Shown: one piece after another, positions 37,301 through 49,550 of the stretch
Position numbering within the stretch: position 1 is the stretch's first letter
How the letters are laid out: each line of letters opens with the position of its first letter
Assembly: GCA_002269645.1 (NCBI GenBank)
Contig: NIVC01000989.1
Span: forward strand, 327,627 to 391,626
DNA from: Macrostomum lignano
Taxonomy: Eukaryota
DNA: 64,000 nucleotides
Direction: 5' to 3'
Translations under genes and position numbers: made by a program
Notes under the pieces: generated by a model
Seen by the model: only the letters and a program-made list of their open reading frames with translations
Databases searched by the model: none
What the model was told of the DNA's origin: nothing

Positions 37301-40300
37301 TGTCGAACATTTAAGAACCACCATGTCAAACATAAAATAGCCACCATGTGAAACATATATGTGACTCCATGTAAAACATTAAAGAGCTACCATATCAGAC
37401 ATATACATGACTCCATGTCAAACATATACGTGACTCCATGTTAGACATTAAAGAGTCACCATGTCGAACATTAAAGAGCCAACATGTGAAAAATACAAGA
37501 GCCACCATGTCAAACATATACATGACTCCATGTCAAACATTGAAGAGACACCATGTCGAACATAAAAGAGCCACTATGCAAAACATAAAAGAGCCACCAT
37601 GTCTAACACTAAAGAGCCACCAATGTCAAAAATAAAAGAGCCACCATGTCAAATATTAAAGAGCCACCATGTCAAACATTAAAGAGCCATTAGGTCAAAC
37701 ATGAAAGTGCCACCATGTAAAACATTAAAGAGCCACCATGTCAAACATATACGTAACTCCATGTCAAACATTGAAGAGACCCCATGTCAAACATTAAAGA
37801 GCCACAATGTCGAACATAAAAGAGCCACCATGTAAAACATATACGTAACTTCATGTCAAACATTGAAGCGACACCATGTCGAACATAAAAGAGCCACCAT
37901 GTCGAACATAAAGGAGTTACCATGTCAAACATTAAAGAGCCACCATGTCAAACATAAAACAGAGCCACAATTTCGACAATTAAAGAGCCACCATGTCAAA
38001 CATTAAAGAGCCACCATGTCGAACATTAAAGAGCCACCATGTCAAACATAAAACAGCCACCATTTCAAAAATTAAAGAGCCACCATTTCAAACATTAAAG
38101 AGCCACCATGTCAAACATTAAAGAGCCACCATGTCGAACATTAAAGAGCCACCATGTCAAACATTAAAGAGCCACCTTATCAAACATTAAAGAGCCACCA
38201 TGTAAAACATTAAAGAGCCACCATGTCGAACATAAAAGAGGTACCATGTCAAACATTAAAGACCCACCAGGTAAAATATGAAAGTGCCATTATATCAAAT
38301 ATTAAAAAGCCACCATGTCAAGCATTAAAGAGCCACCAGGTCAAACATGAAAGTGCCACCATGTAAAACATTAAAGAGCCACCATGTCAAAAATTAAAGA
38401 GCCACCAGGTCAAACATATACATGACTCCATGTCAAACATTGAAGAGCCACAATGTCGAACATAAAAGAGCCACCATGTCGAACATAAAAGAGTTACCAT
38501 GTCAAACATTAAAGAGCCACCATGTCAAACATTAAAGAGCCACCATGTCAAACATTAAACAGCCAACATTTCGAAAATTAAAGAGCCACCATGTCAAACA
38601 TTAAAGAGCCACCATGTCAAACATAAAACAGAGCCACAATTTCGACAATTAAAGAGCCACCATGTCAAACATTAAAGAGCCACCATGTCGAACATTAAAG
38701 AGCCACCATGTCAAACATAAAACAGCCACCATTTCAAAAATTAAAGAGCCACCATTTCAAACATTAAAGAGCCACCATGTCAAACATTAAAGAGCCACCA
38801 TGTCGAACATTAAAGAGCCACCATGTCAAACATTAAAGAGCCACCTTATCAAACATTAAAGAGCCACCATGTAAAACATTAAAGAGCCACCATGTCGAAC
38901 ATAAAAGAGGTACCATGTCAAACATTAAAGACCCACCAGGTCAAATATGAAAGTGCCATTATATCAAATATTAAAAAGCCACCATGTCAAGCATTAAAGA
39001 GCCACCAGGTCAAACATGAAAGTGCCACCATGTAAAACATTAAAGAGCCACCATGTCAAAAATTAAAGGGCCACCAGGTCAAACATATACATGACTCCAT
39101 GTCAAACATTGAAGAGCCACAATGTCGAACATAAAAGGGCCACCATGTCAAATACTAAAGAGTCACCATGTCAAACATTAAAGAGCCAACAGGTCAAACA
39201 TAAAAGTGCCACCATGTAAAACATTAAAGAGCCACCATGTCGAACATTTAAGAACCACCATGTCAAACATAAAATAGCCACCATGTGAAACATATATGTG
39301 ACTCCATGTAAAACATTAAAGAGCTACCATATCAGACATATACATGACTCCATGTCAAACATATACGTGACTCCATGTTAGACATTAAAGAGTCACCATG
39401 TCGAACATTAAAGAGCCAACATGTGAAAAATACAAGAGCCACCATGTCAAACATATACATGACTCCATGTCAAACATTGAAGAGACACCATGTCGAACAT
39501 AAAAGAGCCACTATGCAAAACATAAAAGAGCCACCATGTCTAACACTAAAGAGCCACCAATGTCAAAAATAAAAGAGCCACCATGTCAAATATTAAAGAG
39601 CCACCATGTCAAACATTAAAGAGCCATTAGGTCAAACATGAAAGTGCCACCATGTAAAACATTAAAGAGCCACCATGTCAAACATATACGTAACTCCATG
39701 TCAAACATTGAAGAGACCCCATGTCAAACATTAAAGAGCCACAATGTCGAACATAAAAGAGCCACCATGTAAAACATATACGTAACTTCATGTCAAACAT
39801 TGAAGCGACACCATGTCGAACATAAAAGAGCCACCATGTCGAACATAAAGGAGTTACCATGTCAAACATTAAAGAGCCACCATGTCAAACATAAAACAGA
39901 GCCACAATTTCGACAATTAAAGAGCCACCATGTCAAACATTAAAGAGCCACCATGTCGAACATTAAAGAGCCACCATGTCAAACATAAAACAGCCACCAT
40001 TTCAAAAATTAAAGAGCCACCATTTCAAACATTAAAGAGCCACCATGTCAAACATTAAAGAGCCACCATGTCGAACATTAAAGAGCCACCATGTCAAACA
40101 TTAAAGAGCCACCTTATCAAACATTAAAGAGCCACCATGTAAAACATTAAAGAGCCACCATGTCGAACATAAAAGAGGTACCATGTCAAACATTAAAGAC
40201 CCACCAGGTAAAATATGAAAGTGCCATTATATCAAATATTAAAAAGCCACCATGTCAAGCATTAAAGAGCCACCAGGTCAAACATGAAAGTGCCACCATG

Positions 40301-43300
40301 TAAAACATTAAAGAGCCACCATGTCAAAAATTAAAGAGCCACCAGGTCAAACATATACATGACTCCATGTCAAACATTGAAGAGCCACAATGTCGAACAT
40401 AAAAGAGCCACCATGTCGAACATAAAAGAGTTACCATGTCAAACATTAAAGAGCCACCATGTCAAACATTAAAGAGCCACCATGTCAAACATTAAACAGC
40501 CAACATTTCGAAAATTAAAGAGCCACCATGTCAAACATTAAAGAGCCACCATGTCAAACATAAAACAGAGCCACAATTTCGACAATTAAAGAGCCACCAT
40601 GTCAAACATTAAAGAGCCACCATGTCGAACATTAAAGAGCCACCATGTCAAACATAAAACAGCCACCATTTCAAAAATTAAAGAGCCACCATTTCAAACA
40701 TTAAAGAGCCACCATGTCAAACATTAAAGAGCCACCATGTCGAACATTAAAGAGCCACCATGTCAAACATTAAAGAGCCACCTTATCAAACATTAAAGAG
40801 CCACCATGTAAAACATTAAAGAGCAACCATGTCGAACATAAAAGAGGTACCATGTCAAACATTAAAGACCCACCAGGTCAAATATGAAAGTGCCATTATA
40901 TCAAATATTAAAAAGCCACCATGTCAAGCATTAAAGAGCCACCAGGTCAAACATGAAAGTGCCACCATGTAAAACATTAAAGAGCCACCATGTCAAAAAT
41001 TAAAGGGCCACCAGGTCAAACATATACATGACTCCATGTCAAACATTGAAGAGCCACAATGTCGAACATAAAAGGGCCACCATGTCAAATACTAAAGAGT
41101 CACCATGTCAAACATTAAAGAGCCAACAGGTCAAACATAAAAGTGCCACCATGTAAAACATTAAAGAGCCACCATGTCGAACATTTAAGAACCACCATGT
41201 CAAACATAAAATAGCCACCATGTGAAACATATATGTGACTCCATGTAAAACATTAAAGAGCTACCATATCAGACATATACATGACTCCATGTCAAACATA
41301 TACGTGACTCCATGTTAGACATTAAAGAGTCACCATGTCGAACATTAAAGAGCCAACATGTGAAAAATACAAGAGCCACCATGTCAAACATATACATGAC
41401 TCCATGTCAAACATTGAAGAGACACCATGTCGAACATAAAAGAGCCACTATGCAAAACATAAAAGAGCCACCATGTCTAACACTAAAGAGCCACCATGTC
41501 AAAAATAAAAGAGCCACCATGTCAAATATTAAAGAGCCACCATGTCAAGCATTAAAGAGCCACCAGGTCAAACATGAAAGTGCCACCATGTAAAACATTA
41601 AAGAGCCACCATGTCAAACATATACGTAACTCCATGTCAAACATTGAAGAGACCCCATGTCGAACATTAAAGAGCCACAATGTCGAACATAAAAGAGCCA
41701 CCATGTAAAACATATACGTAACTTCATGTCAAACATTGAAGCGACACCATGTCGAACATAAAAGAGCCACCATGTCGAACATTAAAGAGCCACCATGTAG
41801 AACATAAAAGAGCTACCATGTCAAACATTAAAGAGCCACCATGTCAAACATAGAAGAGCCACCATGTCAGACATTAAAAAGCCACCGTATCAAACATAAA
41901 AGAGTTACCGTGTAGAACAAAAAACAGCCACCATGTCGAACATAAAAGAGCCACCATGTAGAATATTAAAGAGACACCATTTCAAACAGTAAAGAGCCAC
42001 CATGTCAAACATTTAAGAGCCACCATGTCAAACATTAAAAAGCCACTTTGTCGAACATTAAAGAGCCACCGTGTCAAACATAGAAGAGCCACCATGTAAA
42101 ACATTAAAGAGCCACAATTTGAACAATAAAGAGCCACCATGTCGAACATTAAAGAGCCACCATGTCGAACATTAAAGAGCCACCATTTCAAACAGTAAAG
42201 AGCCACCATGTCAAACAGTAAAGAGCCACCATGTCAAACATAAAAGAGCCACCATGTCAACATAAAAGAGCCACCATGTCAAAAATTAAAGAGCCACCAT
42301 GTAAAACATATACGTAACTTCATGTCAAACATTGAAGCGACACCATGTCGAACATAAAAGAGCCACCATGTCGAACATAAAGGAGTTACCATGTCAAACA
42401 TTAAAGAGCCACCATGTCAAACATAAAACAGAGCCACAATTTCGACAATTAAAGAGCCACCATGTCAAACATTAAAGAGCCACCATGTCGAACATTAAAG
42501 AGCCACCATGTCAAACATAAAACAGCCACCATTTCAAAAATTAAAGAGCCACCATTTCAAACATTAAAGAGCCACCATGTCAAACATTAAAGAGCCACCA
42601 TGTCGAACATTAAAGAGCCACCATGTCAAACATTAAAGAGCCACCTTATCAAACATTAAAGAGCCACCATGTAAAACATTAAAGAGCCACCATGTCGAAC
42701 ATAAAAGAGGTACCATGTCAAACATTAAAGACCCACCAGGTCAAATATGAAAGTGCCATTATATCAAATATTAAAAAGCCACCATGTCAAGCATTAAAGA
42801 GCCACCAGGTCAAACATGAAAGTGCCACCATGTAAAACATTAAAGAGCCACCATGTCAAAAATTAAAGGGCCACCAGGTCAAACATATACATGACTCCAT
42901 GTCAAACATTGAAGAGCCACAATGTCGAACATAAAAGGGCCACCATGTCAAATACTAAAGAGTCACCATGTCAAACATTAAAGAGCCAACAGGTCAAACA
43001 TAAAAGTGCCACCATGTAAAACATTAAAGAGCCACCATGTCGAACATTTAAGAACCACCATGTCAAACATAAAATAGCCACCATGTGAAACATATATGTG
43101 ACTCCATGTAAAACATTAAAGAGCTACCATATCAGACATATACATGACTCCATGTCAAACATATACGTGACTCCATGTTAGACATTAAAGAGTCACCATG
43201 TCGAACATTAAAGAGCCAACATGTGAAAAATACAAGAGCCACCATGTCAAACATATACATGACTCTATGTCAAACATTGAAGAGACACCATGTCGAACAT

Positions 43301-45332
43301 AAAAGAGCCACTATGCAAAACATAAAAGAGCCACCATGTCTAACACTAAAGAGCCACCATGTCAAAAATAAAAGAGCCACCATGTCAAATATTAAAGAGC
43401 CACCATGTCAAGCATTAAAGAGCCACCAGGTCAAACATGAAAGTGCCACCATGTAAAACATTAAAGAGCCACCATGTCAAACATATACGTAACTCCATGT
43501 CAAACATTGAAGAGACCCCATGTCGAACATTAAAGAGCCACAATGTCGAACATAAAAGAGCCACCATGTAAAACATATACGTAACTTCATGTCAAACATT
43601 GAAGCGACACCATGTCGAACATAAAAGAGCCACCATGTCGAACATTAAAGAGCCACCATGTAGAACATAAAAGAGCTACCATGTCAAACATTAAAGAGCC
43701 ACCATGTCAAACATAGAAGAGCCACCATGTCAGACATTAAAAAGCCACCGTATCAAACATAAAAGAGTTACCGTGTAGAACAAAAAACAGCCACCATGTC
43801 GAACATAAAAGAGCCACCATGTAGAATATTAAAGAGACACCATTTCAAACAGTAAAGAGCCACCATGTCAAACATTTAAGAGCCACCATGTCAAACATTA
43901 AAAAGCCACTTTGTCGAACATTAAAGAGCCACCGTGTCAAACATAGAAGAGCCACCATGTAAAACATTAAAGAGCCACAATTTGAACAATAAAGAGCCAC
44001 CATGTCGAACATTAAAGAGCCACCATGTCGAACATTAAAGAGCCACCATTTCAAACAGTAAAGAGCCACCATGTCAAACAGTAAAGAGCCACCATGTCAA
44101 ACATAAAAGAGCCACCATGTCAACATAAAAGAGCCACCATGTCAAAAATTAAAGAGCCACCATGTCAAACATAAAAGATACACAATTTCAAACGTAAAAG
44201 TAAGCGAATTTTAAAGGAGCCGCTATAATGCTAAGGAAATTGTCGCACTAGCTATTTATTGTCTGGTGGATGCTTGCTATTTGGGGATGCTATCTATGTG
44301 GGGGGATGCTTGCTCTCTGGAAGATGCTTGCTATCTGGGGGAAGCTTGCTATCTTGGGGATGCTTGCTATCTGGGGGATCCTTGCTATCTGGGGGTGCTT
44401 GCTATCTGGGGATGCTATCCTTCTGGGGGATGCGTGCTATCTGGGGGATGCTTGCTATCTTTGGGATGCTTGCTATCTGGGGGATGCTTGCTATCCGGGG
44501 GATGCTTGCAATCTGGGGGATGCTTGCTATCTGGGGGATGCTTGCTGTCTTGGGATGATTTCTTTTTGCATTGCACTTCATTTAAGTATTTTGTCTGTTT
44601 TCTTTTTCTTTTTGTTACTTGTAGAGAGCGGAGATTCTATACAGATGTCCCCCAACGGGGGGCGAAGATTGCTAGTATATCACTAAAATCTCATTATGAG
44701 ATGTCACTAAAATTACACAAGCGCTAGATATTCCAGGGATAAAGATTTATATAATCGCTTTGCACTAATCATAGTCTGTGATAGCTACAATTTCCATAAG
44801 CATGCCTAACACGGGGAATTTTTGCTTGCTTGCAACTATTGCAATAGAAGAGTAAACAAACAGCTGACAGGTTAGTTGAATTTGTTTACTCTCTAATGAT
44901 GGCTCCTTTAAGAGATTATGCAAGTAGCTTATTCAGCTATGCACTAACCATGACCAACTCTGCTTAACTTGCGAATTTACCAGCCCAACTCCGTGGAATT
45001 ACTGTAAATAGTTTAGATGAATAACCCTGATCTATAAATAGTTAAGACCATGCTTGGGCGCAACCTTGGGATTCACCCGGCCGTTTCTATTGGCAACACA
45101 CGCATGTAAGTCGCTATTGGCTGAGAGCAGTCACGTGACTACTGTTCTGTCCAATAGCGACTTACATGCGTGTGTTGCCAATAGAAACGGCCGAGTGAAT
45201 CCCAAAGTTGCGCATGTATGGTTAAGACCAATAAAATATAAAAAAATTATTATTGAAATTACTTACCTCATCAGCAACCTCATAGTCACAGTTGGCCCCA
45301 TCAAGTGTTTTAACAGTTATTGTAATAGTCAT
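24909..45332 (-). CDS. BAG6: BAG6/BAT3/Scythe. Exons 45332-45267, 31047-30547, 30239-29863, 28511-27965, 27066-26675, 26010-25894, 25746-24909
   Basis: N-terminal UBL MTITITVKTLDGANCDYEVADE-TTVGQFKAILAEAMRIPSEEQRLIFQGRVLQND...GKVVHLV. Middle TDEGFGQLLL motif. NLS region LSDAYLRQQPHAKRRRV. C-terminal BAG-similar domain LLAQIRRRVGQDSDFEANRFP. All junctions are GT-AG with matching phase. Confidence 0.93.
26085..26668. repeat. 21-bp minisatellite (AAAACTGCAATCTGAGATATG), ~28 copies, in BAG6 intron 5
   Basis: Directly visible. Gives ISDCSFH (minus) and YENCNLR (plus) repeat ORFs. Confidence 0.97.
27295..27912. repeat. 17-bp minisatellite (CATGACCCACCTAACCC), ~36 copies, in BAG6 intron 4
   Basis: Directly visible. 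G-rich (GGGTTAGGTGGGTCATG) on the BAG6 sense strand. Confidence 0.97.
28608..29830. repeat. 27-bp minisatellite (TGGATTCTACAGGTGATTCTAGGACCC), ~45 copies, in BAG6 intron 3
   Basis: Directly visible. Variant blocks are clustered (TCTAC/TGTAC; GACCC/GACAC/GAAAC). Confidence 0.97.
30278..30510. repeat. 20-bp minisatellite (GAGGCACTCTGAAGGGGTGA), ~10 copies, in BAG6 intron 2
   Basis: Directly visible. Confidence 0.92.
31088..31323. repeat. 26-bp minisatellite (TGTCACTAAAATCTTATCTTGAGATA), interrupted by the Helitrons and resuming at 44676-44715
   Basis: Left flank ...ATCTTGAGA joined to right flank TATATCACTAAAATCTC rebuilds one repeat unit. Confidence 0.92.
31800..31868 (+). other. tRNA-like/Pol III promoter-like block inside the Helitron (second copy ~34820-34886)
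   Basis: A-box-like TAGCCAAGATG and B box GGTTCGAATC at tRNA-like spacing, immediately 5' of the 23-bp satellite. Confidence 0.5.
31905..33590. repeat. 23-bp satellite (AAAGAGCCACCATGTCAAACATT) in Helitron unit 1, with an internal 437-bp (19-monomer) duplication
   Basis: Monomer spacing is 23 bp (32081->32104). A variant block at 32841 recurs at 33278. Confidence 0.95.
33650..34215. repeat. 18-19-bp satellite (GGGGATGCTTGCTATCTG) in Helitron unit 1 (unit 2 copy at 44265-44560)
   Basis: Directly visible, with variable G-run length. Confidence 0.95.
34349..44675 (+). mobile_element. Non-autonomous Helitron, unit 2 (~10.3 kb), abutting unit 1 head-to-tail
   Basis: Junction GCTAG|TCCTATATACTAAAAATGAG at 34348/34349. 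3' hairpin GTCCCCCAACGGGGGGC then GAAGATTGCTAG^T at 44675. Same internal layout as unit 1. Confidence 0.9.
34925..44195. repeat. 23-bp satellite expanded to ~9.3 kb with higher-order repeats of 1937 bp (>=3 copies) and 1863 bp (2 copies), and a nested ~670-bp repeat
   Basis: Identical or near-identical ORF-track entries recur at 35804/37741/39678 and 37438/39375/41312 (+1937), and at 41312/43175 and 41982/43845 (+1863). The motif CAGAGCCACAATTTCGAC occurs at 36023 and 36692. Confidence 0.95.
45049..45220. mobile_element. 172-bp fold-back (palindromic) MITE with 8-bp TSD GTTAAGAC
   Basis: ~60-bp near-perfect inverted arms (GCGCAAC...GTCGCTATTGG / CCAATAGCGAC...GTTGCGC) with central GTCACGTGAC. 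Direct repeats at 45041-45048 and 45221-45228. Confidence 0.9.
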
Positions 45333-46130
45333 TTCAGGAATATGAACATAATAAAATATAAATATTAGCATCAGCACTCAATTATAGATATATTTAATTA
45401 ATTATATGAACATTATATTCAAGAGGCCTGATAGAATAAGCCCCAATACACAAAGGTTGGAGTCAATTCGTCTCAAAACTTTATTTAGGCCATTTAATAC
45501 AGTTTTGTTTCACCTTATCCGTTAATTCAAAATAAAATATATACACTTCAGTTAAAAGTAGAATAATTTGTGCAACTTTTTAATTTCTCTATTTGTCTTA
45601 GTCAAATCACTTATCAATCAATGATTTTGCTTATTATAATTTCATTTTTTTCAATTTGCTATATCATTTTTTTCAAATTATTATGCATTAGAATTTTATG
45701 TTCACTAACCATTGCTTGATGATAATTTTAAATAAAAACAGTAAATGTATAGAAATTAAATATAGTAAAGTTAAATGCAATCTTTTTATATAATAAATTT
45801 TCAATTCTAATTCATCAAAAATTACTTTGAAAATAACCTAGAATTCTCAAAAACATTTTATAAAAATACTAAGCTTTTATAAAAAAGAAAATATATAGTT
45901 TTACGGCTCGTACTTTCAATAATATGGATAAATCAATAATACTATAGGTAACTTTGCTTGCAATAATATCCAATAAATTCCAACCTTTAAATACCATAAT
46001 TAGGAAAATATTTTATACTAATTCATCTACAAATTCAATGGCTATTGAACAAAGATGACAAATATTTATGAATGTCAAAGTTTTTCAATAAGTATTTTCT
46101 ATAATAAAAAGATAACAGTTTTTATTATCT

Positions 46131-46582
46131 CCATAGTCTGGAAAGTGGCCTCTATGCAGGAATTTTCTGGTGTATTTTTTTCTCTCGTTGACAATCTTGG
46201 CACTTGGCATATAGAATTTTCAAGTTCAAAATGAAGTGTACATAGTCGGCATACAAAAAATAGCCAAGTTCAAGGCTAATGTAATCATGTAGTTTAATAT
46301 CAACCAATGTTGAAAGCTCTAAAAATAATTGGAAACTAAAATAGAAAATATTAATGCAATCATGAGAAAGTCAAAACTAAAACAAAGAATATCAGTTTTT
46401 AGCAAAAAATAGCCATTTTAAAGTTTAGTAAAGGTTTTAAGTTCTTAAAAATAAATTTTCTTTAAAAATTGCATTTTAACAATTATAGTCTTGGTGTAAA
46501 AAAAATTAATTTTACATTGGCATAAAATTGAAAAAACATGAATTTTCATTCCAGAATATGCCTGCCATGATCCAGACTATGG
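46131..46582. mobile_element. Second member of the CCATAGT-TIR family
   Basis: CCATAGTCTGGAAAGTGGCCTCT...TCCAGACTATGG. TSD TATTATCT/TATTATCC (7/8). Confidence 0.8.
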
Positions 46583-47789
46583 TATTATCCTAATGAAAGC
46601 TTAGTAATAGTGATATATATTTGCAACAATTTTTTCTTTTATGGATTTTTTCTCTTTTTAGTTTATATTAACTATATATTCTATGCAATTGCATTGCAAA
46701 GTATATTTTTTCACTAAAATTTGCTTTTAATGTACATATTAAAAAGTCAGAGTCCATATCATGAAGTAGTATATGCCAGAACAAGAATCCTATTTCCGCT
46801 AAATATATGCCAGTGTACACTGAAAGCAAAAAATTCCTAAAATGTATGCCAAAAATTCTGCCTAAAAATGTCTTTTAGTTTTCATGAATAGAGTTTTCTA
46901 AGAAAGGTTTTCCTATGATAAGACTTTGAAACATTATAAATATTTTCATTTTAAACAATCTGAAATTAAACCATACAGAAATAATAATGCAAAATTTACT
47001 TTTTAGCAACCATTTATACTAATTTCATTTATTGTTAGTTTTAAAGAAACAAAAAGTTTATTGCTAACTTGCTAGACTATACAAATTTTCCATTATTTTA
47101 TATAAGAATGTTAATTTACATTACAATTTTCATGCACATGAATTTATTTACCAAAATTGGTATGCCAAAAATTGGCATCAATTTGTATGCCAAAATTTGT
47201 ATGCCAACTTTGGAAGGGGTCATTTGTACGCCAGAATTTTCTGGCGCACACGTATCTTTCCAGAGTTTGGTTAAAAAGTAAGAGGACTCTTACTAAAGTT
47301 ATTTTTGTATATTGTTTCAATTGAACGATTTTCCAATATTTATATTAGGCCTATAGCTACTTTGTAATTATTTAACTAATTGTCTTTTTTTTCAAAAATA
47401 AATTATAAAATAATGATTTATTCAGAGTTTACTTTTTATTTATATCAAGACAAAAAACTTTATTCTAATTCATTTTGATTTCTAATAGCTATTGCATAAG
47501 AATAGGAATAAGAAAAAAACAAATAAGAACTGAATAAGTATAGACCTATTATAGCAAGCAAAGTGGTAGAAACAACATTTTATAAAAGTATACTTATTGC
47601 TCTCACTTAATAATAAGTTGAATTTTATCTAAATATTCCTCAATGTTTTATATGTACAATTCAATTATATTTATAGGTACTTATATAATGCTACAATGCA
47701 ATGTACAATTACTCTCATTGGAATAGTCATTATTGCTATAAAGAACACTTGTATATATGGAATATGGATTAATAGTCATTTCATAGATT

Positions 47790-48232
47790 GGCAAACTCCT
47801 AGTTTGCTACATTAAATTATTTTTACACTTAAAACCTTTTAAAAGTTAAAATGGCGCGCGTGGAAGTTAAAATGACAGAGCTAAAAGTTTTAATAGTAAT
47901 GGGCAACCCAGTAGAAGAAGTTGCCAAATGTCTTTTATGGGAAGAGACAGCGCCAGAGTTATTTATTCAGGTGAGTCTCGAATAGTGCAGCACGTATGTC
48001 ACGCATTCTCCAGAACTTGTCCTTTACTTGTGCCCACGATCCCTCAATGGTATTAGTGTGCAGGGTGGGATCATTGGGGTCCACGAAGTGCAAGCAGCAG
48101 AGGCCTTAAATTGGCATTGGGTACAATTGTTGTGGGTGCCCTAGGTCACCCAGCCATTGTAGAGTCACCAGTTAGGCTGAAATGTGAAGATACGTTGTAA
48201 AATAATTTAACGCAGCAAACTAGGAGTTTGCC
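47790..48232 (-). mobile_element. Merlin (IS1595/IS1016-like) non-autonomous element carrying a transposase C-terminal fragment
   Basis: TIRs GGCAAACTCCTAGTTTGCT...AGCAAACTAGGAGTTTGCC (GGNRM start) and perfect 8-bp TSD CATAGATT. Minus-strand HFVDPNDPTLHTNTIEGSWAQVK resembles the Merlin FVDP..HTNTIE..W..K motif. Confidence 0.88.
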
Positions 48233-49550
48233 CATAGATTTATTGGCCTAGCTTGACTGCCACTCTAATCTAGCACTCTGCTACTCTTGTGTTTTGTGGT
48301 TGTTTTGTCTACTTTTATAAAAATACAATAATCATTTTGACCACAACAAAATATTAAATGCATTGTTAGTACTAATGTGTATAAAATAAGATAGTGATAG
48401 GCCTAATAGATAATGAAATCATTTCTTAATAATAGAGTATAGGCCCAGTAACAACTAGGCCCTAGCTACTACTACGTACTAGTACTATGCTGATGAGTGA
48501 TGATAGATTTAGAGTAGGGCCTATGGCATTTATGACATTGAGCATATATCTAATAAATCAGCACCGCACCATCAAAAAACCCTAGAGAGACAAAGTACAA
48601 AACAATGATCCTGTCAAAACTGCAACTATAGGCTAGGCATAATTTATCAACATAAACTTAAAGAAGTCCCAACAATTTTATATGCATTTTCATACAATAG
48701 CTTATTTTTATTTAGTAAACAAATATCCATAATATAGATTAGCAGTAAATAAGATGAAATTAATCATACAATTATAAAATTTAGATTTGGAAGATATAGT
48801 TTCGTCCAGAAAGCCACACATTGACCATTTGACGTCATCACTCGCTGTTGACGAAATTAAATTATGCGCGATATTTTCTGGAAACTGATGACTGATTACA
48901 ACAATTTTTGCATAGTTTATACTTTTTTTTATTTTTAAATGCGATTATTTAAAAATATGAGTAAATTAAACTGTTTTAATCAGCCTAAGTTTCCAGAATT
49001 TGTTTGACGCTATTGTGGACTCTAGTGTGTTTCTCTCTGGCTTACAGTCAAGGTTTTATCGTCAGTTTCATGTTGACATTATCAGCGGTGTCGGGACATA
49101 TTTCAAAGTGGGGGGGCTATTGGTGGGAGGGCACATTGCACATGATTTCTTTTAATTTAAGGGCACCCTGACCGTAACTCCAGCTGTTATGTCAGTTTGT
49201 GACATTATTGTGACAACCAGGCCAATATTCACTTCTGTGTTGGTGGCAAAAAGTCAGAAAAATGTTCGAATTTTCAACTAATTCAAACATTGCACAACTG
49301 CATAGCACTATCAATTTATTCAGTAAATACCTCAAATGAATGGAAATTGCCAGGGCAAGACCAAATAATTTTTTGTATCTCTTAATTGGCTGCCTCCTTT
49401 CGGTTCCTCATGGCGCTGTCTCTTTATTCTTTTATCTGACGGCATTTTAGTACTTTTAGTTGCAGCGCCAGCAGCGGTTTAAGTCTTGGGATTGCGGCGG
49501 ACTCGGAATTTCGATCAGAGATGCCAAAGTTAAAGGGCTAAATACTAAAA

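Noticed and set aside
31905-44195. CRISPR-like regular repeats
   Set aside because: The monomers abut each other with no unique spacers, the context is eukaryotic and intronic, and there are no cas genes. This is satellite DNA.
33692-44727. GDACYL/GGCLLS and KEPPCQTL repeat ORFs, and ORFs 31376-31670 and 34364-34691
   Set aside because: They are by-products of Helitron internal repeats and the non-coding 5' region. No Rep/helicase motifs were found.
48830-48837. Perfect CRE (TGACGTCA) as the BAG6 promoter
   Set aside because: A single 8-mer 3.5 kb upstream of the ATG with no TSS evidence. Expected by chance in 64 kb.
49050-49078. Minus-strand MKLTIK... as the BAG6 first exon
   Set aside because: It needs a frameshift. 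A clean KTLD-containing exon with a GTAAGT donor and correct phase exists at 45332-45267.
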